Origin: Eledone cirrhosa
Taxonomy: Eukaryota
Assembly: GCA_964016885.1 (NCBI GenBank)
Contig: OZ024740.1
Span: 121,706,001 to 121,770,000 of the forward strand
DNA length: 64,000 nt
Reading direction: 5' to 3'
The notes beneath the pieces were generated by a model, which did no database searches, was not told where the DNA came from, and saw only the letters and a program-made list of their open reading frames with translations. The first letter of the stretch is position 1, and the number at the start of each line of letters is the position of its first letter. Positions 26,555 through 37,080 of this stretch are shown one piece after another. The position numbers and the translations under genes were made by a program.

Positions 26555-28015
26555 AATTAATAAAAACAATGAATAAAAACAAAGAAACAGTTCCTTATAT
26601 TAAAATTCATCATTTTACGCTCGTTTCTAGGATATATATTTGTGGGTTGGTATGTATATCATATAGAACTATGTAAAGATTTTACAAACTATCAGAAGGA
26701 ATATACATACCTACACATATATATGCTGTCTTCAGAAATAATGATATTTGTTTATTGAAAAAAACCAACAAAGATTTAATATAATAGGTCTGTTTGGGAA
26801 CAGGTTTTGAATTGACCAATAGAAAAGTAGTAAGTGGTCAAGTTGATAGAATAGTAGTAGTAGAAATTTAATTTAGGCTGTAGAGGAATGGAGACTTCAG
26901 TTTTGAATGGAAAGAATATTTTGAATGAAAAGATTACTTTGGGGATGAAAAGAGGTCAAGCCGGTGAAAGGTACACGAAAATGTGATGTTATTAAAGAAT
27001 GTTGTAAAAAACGAAGGGAAAAAAATGTTTGCGGATAAATGTATTAGTGAGAAATAACAAACTTATATAGACTACAAGGAATTTAGATTCATAACAGGAA
27101 ATTAAAATAGTTTATATGTGTACATATAAGTATTAATTTTAGGAAAATATAGCTGTAAAAGGGAAATAAAATTATGAAGTTCTCAGTAAAATACTAATTA
27201 TAGGTTAACTAAATTTAAAAAAAACTAATTATAATAATTATAATATTTGAAAGTTCTTCTAATTCTATGATTGCACGATATAATTAATTGTTGTCGCTTA
27301 CTTAATAGGATATCCTTAGATTTCTTCATTTGAAAAAGTTCCTGGGAACATAATCTACACTCATATCTGTTATTTTGATAAGGGGTGGCCCTTTTGAGCA
27401 CACTCCAGCTCAGGTTATAATCGATATTCTTTTTACTATAATTATTAATTATTTCAGCCAAGGATGCATTAGCTAATGTGGCATTTTTAAAACTGTGTTT
27501 GTGGGTATTAAATCTTACTTTAAATTGGTTAGAAGTAGCTCCTATATATGAATAAGTTGAGTCCTTAGTGCTAATTTTACATTTATATACTATGTTATTA
27601 ATAAGGCAATTTCATTTTAATGGGTAATTTGATTTGTTTTCAATTCAAAACCTGTTCCCAAACAGACCTATTATATTAAATCTTCGTTGTTTTTGTTCAA
27701 TAAACAAATATCATTATTTCTGACGACAGCATATATATATATGTATATTCCCTCTGATAATTTGTAAAATGTTTACATAGTTCTATATGATATACTTACC
27801 AACACACAGATATATATCCTAGAAACGATCGTAAAATGATGAATTTTTTAATATAAGGAACTGTTTCTTTGTTTTTATTCATTGTTTTCATTAATTTATC
27901 TTGACTCTGTTTTCCTGTGATTTTCATCGAAACAATTTTTGAATACATCTCTTTTCATGATATTTGGATTACATTGAGTTATTCATACGGATTGGACACT
28001 ACCGTATATTTTGGT
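26555..28015 (-). mobile_element. 5'-truncated Penelope-like element (Naiad-like) with inverted pseudo-LTR
   Basis: GIY-YIG C-terminus NCLINNIVYKC..YIGATSNQFKVRFNTH..CRLC..CNH at 27225-27610 (minus); about 260-bp inverted repeats at 26555-26815 and 27641-27898. Confidence 0.88.
27711..27842 (+). ncRNA. Type I HHR with ~100-nt stem II insert (inverted twin at about 26607-26743, minus)
   Basis: ucauuauuu-CUGACGA-...-GAAAC-gauc-GUA-aaaugauga; palindromic stem III ACGAUCGU; the base of stem II is imperfect. Confidence 0.65.
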
Positions 28016-29885
28016 ATATATATATATATATATATTTATATATAACGTAGGATGTGAGATTTATTGTAGAACAATAAAGCAATGCAAATATCGGATAAGT
28101 AGCACACATCAAGAATAATATACTTGATCTATTTAAGCACCATAACCTAAAAATTGAATTTGATAACAACGTTAATTTAGCTAACTTCTTAGATATATTC
28201 ACTAATCTTGACACCGGCCTATATTACCCATACCATAAGGATAATGCGAACCTAAATTATGTTAATTTTACATCAAACCACCTTATTAATGTTAAAACTG
28301 CTATATTCAGAAATGTTGAAAAAAGAATTTCTAATCTATCTTCTAATAAACTTATCATTGGCGCTAAAGCCATTTATTACAATAATGCGCCATCTAGGGG
28401 TGGTTATCCAAACATAATTAAATACCCAGTCATGGCAGAACTTATAGTAATATAGCTAGTTATAAGCATTCCAATAACATTAAAAGGAGACCTAGGTATA
28501 AAAATATTATTTGGTACAACGCTCCTTTTTCTCTTTCTATTATTAGTAATATTCCTAAATTATGTTTTAGGGCGTTAAATAATTGCTTCCCTCCTTCTCA
28601 TATGTATAGTAAGATCTTTAATAAGCATACAATTAAATTCTCTTATTCCACCACTTTCAAAATTTCTAACATTATCTCAAAACATAATACTAAACTATTA
28701 AATAATAACTCATATCCATCCAACCCTGAGTGTCATAGTAATAACACTATAGGGCCTGACGCCAATGTAAACTCTAAACAATATATCTTAAATATAAATA
28801 CTATGTCAAACGTAATTTCGATGAATGCTCGTAATAGTATTCTAAATCAGGAAACATTAGCACCTCTTTTAGTTAATTTCTCCACTACAATTATTTCTAT
28901 AAATAATTCTGGGCCACTTGCAAATAACTCTGTTAATAACATTAATCGTAAATGCAATTGCGCTAATAGAACTAAATATCCTCTTAATAATTACTGTCTC
29001 GATAACAAATTTAGTATACGAATGTAAGGTGATAACTAGTACCAATTCTTATACCTACATTGGCTCTACTACTTCCTTGAAGACAAGATTATATAACCAT
29101 TCTTCGTCTTTTAAATACCCACTTAAAAGAACAAACACTGCACTCTCAGAACTCATCTGGTCCTTAAAAGACAAACACATTAATTACAAAATTTCTTGGC
29201 GTAAAATTTGCAATGCTTCTCCATATTCCAATGCTGCCATATCTAGAACTTGTAATGTATGTCTAGCGAAAAAATGTACCATTATCTCTAATTTTAACTC
29301 TATAATAAATAGACACACAGATTTATTTTCGCTTTGCATCCATAAATTGCTTAGGTCATTTCACAAGTATACAGCTAATATCCTACTCCATAATTAAGGT
29401 TAAACAACTTTTCTCACACATATATATCTTTTTTACACATATACCCCTTTTTTTCGTATATTCTACAAGTTCATTCATACTATGACGTTTTTGGTCTCCA
29501 ATTTTTTAAATTCACTATAGCAAACTTCTTTATCTTATTGGGGATACACATTTTTTTGAAATAGTTCATCGCTACTTCATTTCATCTCAATATTACTTTT
29601 TCTTAAGCCGCTATATTTCCCAATTGTTTTACTTCAAATCTATTAATATTAACATTAGGTGGATTTTTGTAAACAAATGTTGACGTCATATTTTCTTCCT
29701 CGTTTTTTTTCTTTCTTCTTCTCTCTTTCCGTGCTTGTCTTTGCTTAAATAATTACTTTTTCAGAGAAATACTTTTTCAATTACAATCTATTTAAACAAA
29801 CCAGGACCCTATATCATCTTCTCAGCTTATAAATCATTTAATTTTATTTTTATTCACCTTATCTTATTTTACTTTATTTTATCTT

Positions 29886-30265
29886 AATAATTGTTCCTAC
29901 TTTAGGCATAAGGCCAGCAATTACCCAGAGTGCATTACTCGTACTTTATTTTATCGACCGCGTAAGGATGAAAGGCAAAGTCAACCTCGGCGGGATTTGA
30001 ACTCTGATCGTAAAGGGACGTAACTATGCTGGAAAGCATGGGTCCGACCCTCTACCGATACTGCCAATCCACCAATTTGTATCTTAATATTGTTTCTACT
30101 TTAGGCACAAGGCCAGCAATTACCCGGTGCATTACTGGTACTTTATTTTATCGACCCTGTAAGTATGAAAGGCAAAGTCAACATCGGCGGGATTTGAACT
30201 CAGATTGTAAAGGGACGTAACTATGCTGGAAATCATGGCGTCCGACCCTCTACCGATACTGCCAA
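29886..30265 (-). mobile_element. Tandem pair of tRNA/Meta-type SINEs
   Basis: Two ~185-bp copies, 29886-30073 and 30086-30265, with atcttaata at the junctions. Confidence 0.88.
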
Positions 30266-30710
30266 TTTTTATCTTAATAATACATTTTAATAACACTTTT
30301 TCGCACATCTTAATAAATCCTTCACTATATAAACCCTAAATAAATAGTATACTTAATTTCTATATCTGTAATCATAAATATCATCAATCATAAACCTCAT
30401 CAATTTTTTTTTTTTTTTTTTTTTATTTATTTATAAATTTACAACCGTTTTTTTCATTTATTTCTCAGTGGAGACAGCGTTTTTCAGTTTAAATGTTTAT
30501 CTCCCTCTCTTTCTCTCCTTTCTCTTCCTCTCTCCTCCCACCTTCTTATACTCTTCCTCCGTTATCCTTTCCTTCCTTTTCCTTCTTTCCTTTCTTCCTC
30601 TTCCTTCCCTTTTTTCCAATCTTCTATATCCTTTTAAATTTATTTATCATATGTTGATTAGACACTACCTTGTTCACAAGTGTTTTTTTAAGGATCATAT
30701 CATGTCTCCC

Positions 30711-30780
30711 TATTTTATCTGATGAGAACGCAAATATCGTCCCAGGAGGATATTTGTTTTGAAATGCGCATAATAAAATA
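30711..30780 (+). ncRNA. Type I HHR with canonical core
   Basis: uauuuuau-CUGAUGA-stem II (gcaaauauc/gauauuugu)-GAAA-ugcgc-AUA-auaaaaua; 8-bp stem I; predicted cleavage after 30772. Confidence 0.85.
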
Positions 30781-30837
30781 CATGGAACTAATTTAACCAT
30801 GTTTGCATTTCTTCTTATATATATATATAAATAAATA

Positions 30838-30935
<98 letters not shown>

Positions 30936-30938
30936 CAT

Positions 30939-31200
30939 ATATAGCGTATTTTGCAATACACTGTATGCTTAATGAAAATCATTTTGAAGACCATACGCTA
31001 TAGTTTAAAATAGTGATAATGTCACTTATTTAAATTTTCAGCAAACAGGGGAGATAAACTCTGTTTCGTACGTGTTGGTACTTATCAAAGTTCACTGTGA
31101 AACTTTAAATAAGTGACATTGTCCATATTTTAAAACAATAGCGTATGGTCTTCAAAATGCTTTTAATTAAGCATACAGTGCATTGCAAAATACACTATAT
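30939..31200. repeat. Fold-back insertion in (TA)n with a U3-A8 HHR in the loop (31044-31095, minus)
   Basis: Arms 30939-31040 / 31098-31200; the loop reads UUGAUAA-guac-caacac-guac-GAAACAG..CUGUU on the minus strand. Confidence 0.8.
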
Positions 31201-31651
31201 ATATATTCATATATATATCGTTATTTCAGAGCACCAACTCTAATTTTCATAAATATATATATTGTCATACTTGGAGAGGGTCATATTGTTGTAATAATAA
31301 TAATATTGCCAGAATAAATAACAGAACACACTCACTGTTTGGTTGGTTTTCGCTTCTGTTTTTTTTGTATTCACACGAGAGAGCCCAAATTCTCCACTGA
31401 CACCACGCTAAACCCATGGCCATTAAATACCTGATACTCAAAAATATTTATATTAAAGATGCGGGCACTAACAGCTTATGTCGTTCAGTTTGAACAGGTA
31501 GTTCTAGACTGTGCATATATATGAAGGTCCTGATTGAACCTACTACTCCATATTTTAAATAACGTTGAGTGTCGAGATTATTATAAGTTATACAGGCCAT
31601 ACGGACAAGCTCAAATTGTGTCAGTAACGCATATATAGTAATACATATCAG

Positions 31652-31738
<87 letters not shown>

Positions 31739-31740
<2 letters not shown>

Positions 31741-31916
31741 AGAAAAAAGAGAATCTGTGTTGCGACGAAAGGAATTTATTGGACATATTACAATTGCTAC
31801 TCGGGCGACCAGCTCGAGGCACGATCGATGTGGTGATCAACCCTGACTCTGAATTCGCGCGGAACTACTCGGATACGTCTCGATTCTACGAACTGAACTA
31901 AAATTGTGTTTTAACA

Positions 31917-31969
<53 letters not shown>

Positions 31970-32578
31970 TTCAGTTCGTAGAATAGAGACGTATCCGAGG
32001 ACCGCGCGATATGCAAATTAGGCTGCTCAGCCGTTAATATACATAAGGAAAGTATATATTTTCAGAAGTTCAACCAACTGGCAGGAAGGTATACGATGCT
32101 GACGATAGCCTATACGCTTGAAACTAGTACATCGTTCCTGTCGTCAGTGTTGAACAAAAAGATGACGTGGTTGCCTAAACACTGTACGGCGTAATTCGGG
32201 CTGTTTGTTTGTTTACAAACAAACAACCCTTGCATTATAATAAATGTTCGGTAAACCGATACGTGCATATATATATGTGTGCATGTATATATATATATAT
32301 ATACATACTGCTGTACGTGTGTATACATATATGTATGTACGTATACATACATGTATACTTATATTTAAGTAAGTGCCGTACTAAGAGTGAGGAATTAAAT
32401 TTCGTTTCATTCTATTCGATTTATCGTTTTCGGTGTGCCCGGCCGACTGAACTCATTCGATATGTGAATTAGGCTGCTCAGCCGTTAATATGCATAAGGA
32501 AAGTATAAACTTTCAGACGTTCAACCATCTGGCAGGAAGGTATACGATGCTGACGATAGCTAATAAGCTTGAAATTAG

Positions 32579-32674
<96 letters not shown>

Positions 32675-32865
32675 TATATACATATATACCTTGTTAAAAC
32701 ACAAGTTTAGTTCAGTTCTTAGAATCGAGACGTATCCGAGGACCGTGCGATTTCAGAGTCAGGTTTGATCACCACATCGATCGGGCCTCGAGCTAGTCGC
32801 CCGAGTAGCAATTATAGTATGTCCAATAAATTCCTTTCGTCGCAACACAGATTCTCTTTTTTCTG
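31739..32865. repeat. Composite repeat: inverted ~180-bp arms (31739-31918 / 32690-32865) around a 451-bp-period direct repeat with two HHRs
   Basis: Arms are reverse complements; 32007-32129 is repeated at 32458-32580. Confidence 0.85.
32080..32142 (+). ncRNA. Type I HHR, canonical core, bulged extended stem I
   Basis: gcagga-agguau-acgaug-CUGACGA-uagc..gcuu-GAAAC-ua-GUA-caucgu-uccugu; predicted cleavage after 32129. Confidence 0.85.
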
Positions 32866-32940
<75 letters not shown>

Positions 32941-33627
32941 TATATATATATATTTATTTATTTATTTGGATGTTTAGTATGCGGACATTACAGCAGATTT
33001 TCAGTTATGCTGTTTATAACTCTAATGAGTTGTTTAGTTATACATGATTGCTATGAAAAGTACTGAAGGATAAATGAAAATAAACGAAACGCATATGCGA
33101 ATAAAGCATTAAACAAATAACTACATATATTTTTCATTTGTTTGTTCGCAGAAATCATCGATGCATGTGTTTATTATTCATTTAATGCACTTATTGTGAA
33201 ATATTATTGTAATGATAACAAGTTGTTTAATGATTTACTGGATAGCATTTTGTGTTACAACGATCAAAAAACAAACAGCAAGGAATTATGCAGGTAACAT
33301 ATTCTATGGTAAAAGAAGTGGTTCTAGTATAGATAATCTCAATAAATTCTCAATGGAAATTCATGCCATTATGACTTTCAAGCTTTGCTCTAAAATGATA
33401 ATGCATTCCTACGGTAATCATTAGTGAGGATGGATGTGAGCATAATTTTATTTATTGTGGGGATGTCAATATCCTAATATCAGTATTCAATCAACTGTTG
33501 GACGATTCGTACCATAGGCGTAAGAGTTTAATATATACATAAATTATATGAAGTCCACCAAATTGGAAAATAGTTCACACATACGGTGATATAATAGTAA
33601 AATATTCGTATAACAACGTTCTGATCC

Positions 33628-33670
<43 letters not shown>

Positions 33671-33677
<7 letters not shown>

Positions 33678-34095
33678 AAAAAGGGATGAAATCGAAAATG
33701 CAACTGAAGTCTTATTTTTAAAAAAAATATATATATTTATTTGGTTCCTTTACCGGTTTCGCAGTTCTTCTGCTTTTCAAAAGGTGAGTTGAGATTGAGG
33801 GTCTGTGGCTTTTCTCACATGATTGCTATGAAAAGTACTGAAGGATAAATGAAATTAAACGAAACGCATATGCGAATAAAGCATGTGAGAAAAACCACAT
33901 ACCCTCCATCTCAACTCACCTTTTGAAAAGCAGAAGAACTGCGAAACCGGTAAAGGAACCAAATAAATATATATATTTTTAAAACAAATAAGACTTCAGT
34001 TGCATTTTCGATTTCATCCCTTTTTCTTTATACTTCCACTCGTGTAGGACACCTCGGTTATTTTTCATTTTGTAAAAAAAACCTCACTTTCTAAT
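33671..34095 (+). mobile_element. PLE pseudo-LTR fold-back with two U3-A8 HHRs (33747-33784 minus; 33919-33956 plus)
   Basis: About 150-bp inverted arms; near-identical to 55639-55850; related to 45030-45420. Confidence 0.85.
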
Positions 34096-34123
34096 ATATA
34101 TATATATATATAGATATATATAG

Positions 34124-34158
<35 letters not shown>

Positions 34159-35474
34159 GATATATATAGATATATATGGTATATGTATATAGAATGTACA
34201 GATATAATGACCTTGGTACTCCACGAATGGAGGAAAACATTAATTTGAATATTCAGCTTCCTAAAACATAGCTGTGATGTTTCATTAACGCGAACTGTTT
34301 GATGACGGATCTTCTTCGGACAAAGGCTATATTGTATTCAAGTCTATTAGTATATAGTGTTTGCGATATATATATATGTAGGCCGTTGTAAATGGTTGAG
34401 AGCTGATAAAGGGAGAACTGTAGTAACCAAAGGATGGATATATAACTGAAACTATCATACTATTAAAGGACCCTGCAAGACTAGGTTATATGTTTCTCTA
34501 TTGCCATCGAACTGCAGTTTACAAGTTAGGTATATCAATATCCGTAGGGTTTATTGATTATAATTGCTACGAGTTGTTTAAGAGATTTTAATTTTTGACT
34601 CTTTCTTACTCCTTTTTTATATTGGTACTTGACACAATATTTAGTCTATTGCATCAATTTGATTATTAGCTATAAGTTTGGATGTATTCTGAGTTAAATT
34701 ACTATGATTTGAAGTTATTCATGTAGAGACTGTTCTAACAGCACGGTTTTGCTATGACCAGTTCGATGGTCAGTTGTAGGTAGTATCTCAGTTTGCTGTA
34801 TTTTAATTCTTTAGATTCTCATGCTCGTATGTATATTTCTTTCTGTGTGATTGTTACATTAATTTACTTGTGACTATTATTAGAAATTAAATTTTAACTT
34901 CCAATAGTATATGAAATTTTAGAAAAGCCGCCGTTTTGTGCAATCTTTATTATCATTATATTTATTAATTATTTAGGGAGTATATATAAGATATATATAC
35001 ATACAAGTCACATATACTTAACGAATTCATTTATGTCTAAATACTACATGTATGCAGGTACACGTGCATATATATAACGTGCATAAAACATTGTTTCTTC
35101 TTTATAGATTAGATTGCTAGTAATTGATTTGCTTTTTTATAATATTCAATATTTAAAATTTAGTTTAAAGGCATTATCAAGATATCTTGTTTTATATTTA
35201 TTTATTTTTACTAATCGATTAACTTAAAATGTTTTAATAGTTTATATATTCAAACATTCGTTATCATTACAGACACATGAAAACAATATGTATCCATAAA
35301 TCATCCACACGCCGTGTATATATGCATATACATAAATATATATACAGAAACATAAGAAAAATAACAACGGCAGGACAAGTCAACGAATGAAACAGATATT
35401 TTAGGGCAAGCCATACACACGCACACACACTCACACACACATACACATATATATATATATATATATATGTAAGA

Positions 35475-36517
35475 ATGTTTTGAAACAGTGAGCCGGTTTG
35501 AAATTAGAAAATAGAATAGCTTTCACCGTGTTTTTGACTAAAGGAATTTTAGCCTGATGATGGGGTTTAGAACCCTCAGATAAATGGGAAAAGATGAGTA
35601 TTGACGTACATGGGAGTCCAACCCACATCTTTGGTTATCGCGACCACTGTGCTATCATTACACCAACACATCACCCATCTCTTTCCATTCAAATTAGAAG
35701 CTACATTCTTAGCGAGTTTAAATGGCAAGTAAGTATGTTTTGAAACAGTGAGCAGGTTTGAAATTAGAAAATAGAATAACTTTCACCGTATTTTTGACTA
35801 AAGGAATTTTAGCCTGATAATGTGGTTTAGAACCCTCAGATAAATGGAAAAAGATGAGTATTGACCTACATGGGAGACGAACCCAGATATCTGGTTATCG
35901 CGACCACTGTGCTACCATCTTTTCCCATTTATCTGAGGGTTCTAAACCCCATTATCAGGCTAAAATTACTTTAGTCAAAAATACGGTGAAAGCTATACTA
36001 TTTTCTAATTTCAAACCTGCTCACTGTTTCAAAACATACTTACTTGCCATTTAAACTCGCTAAGAATGTAGCTTGTAATTTGAATGGAAAGAGATGGGTG
36101 ATGTGTTGGTGTAATGGTAGCACAGTGGTCGCGATGACCAAATATGTGGGTTCGACTCCCATGTACGTCAATACTCATCTTTTTCCATTTATCTGAGAGT
36201 CCTAAACACCATTATCAGGCTAAAATTCCTTTAGTCAAAAATACGGTGAAAGCTATTCTATTTTCTAATTTCAAACCTACTCACTGTTTCAAAACATACT
36301 TACTTGCCATTTAAACTCGCTAAAATGTAGCTTTTAATTTGAATGGAAAGAGATGGGTGATGTGTTGGTGTAATGGTAGCACAGTTGTCGCGATAACTAA
36401 AGATGTGGGTTCGACTCCCATGTACGTCAATACTCATCATTTTCCATTCATCTGAGGGTTCTAAACCCCATTATCAGGCTAAAGTGCCTTTAGTAAAAAA
36501 TACAGTGAAAGCTATTC

Positions 36518-36528
<11 letters not shown>
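35475..36528. repeat. Fold-back tandem array of a ~259-bp unit carrying a tRNA-like cloverleaf, inserted in (TA)n
   Basis: Minus-oriented units at 35475-35917, plus-oriented units at 35916-36528. Confidence 0.9.
36100..36170 (+). ncRNA. tRNA-like 71-nt cloverleaf with Pol III A/B boxes (copies at 36359-36429 plus and 35602-35672 minus); probably non-decoding
   Basis: Acceptor GAUGUGU/GUACGUC, D arm GUGU/GCAC, UGGU/ACCA stem with loop CGCGAUR, T arm GUGGG-UUCGACU-CCCAU; T-run 10 nt downstream. Confidence 0.65.
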
Positions 36529-36557
<29 letters not shown>

Positions 36558-36979
36558 AGAGTGTTGTGGCTTGCTTGAAGCATTGTTGCATAGGAAACAC
36601 GTTCTTAAATAATTTTGAAAACCAAACAATGCACTAGAAAGGAAACTAATAGTGCATTGTTTCGTTTTTTAAATTATTTAAACGTATATAAATATATTTG
36701 AATACATACTAACACGCACATATATATCCTGGTCACGTCCGTTCATTCCAGATGATCCTGGATTTAATGCGTTGCTTCTCTGTACTCGGTGCAAACATTG
36801 CACGACGGTGCACAGGATGCAAAGGTGAAATCTACGACTTGGTTTCGTCCAGGCTTAATTGTTTAATACCCGCACATAATCCCAAACTTACCAATAACAA
36901 CTAAATGTGTGTGACCTGAACTACGAATTGGTACTTTGGAAATGCAAATCCCGTGAAATCATCGAGCGAGTAGGACGAT

Positions 36980-37080
<101 letters not shown>

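Larger units (their letters stand above)
28040..30826 (+). mobile_element. 5'-truncated Penelope-like element (Naiad-like): RT C-terminus, GIY-YIG, 3' UTR with SINE insertions, pseudo-LTR; flanked by (TA)n
   Basis: NFLDI, IIWYNAPFS, KIFNKHTIKFSYS, CNC..PL..C, LVYECK..YIGSTTSLKTRLYNH, CNVC, CIH; frameshifted; stop at 29397. Confidence 0.88.

Noticed and set aside
35546-35708. HHR with the antisense tRNA inside stem II (agc-CUGAUGA...caaauuagaa-gcu)
   Set aside because: GAAA and NUH are missing in all copies, and the other units read CUGAUAA.
36100-36170. Functional tRNA-Ser(CGA)
   Set aside because: No U33 or purine 37, no long variable arm, and copies vary in the stems.
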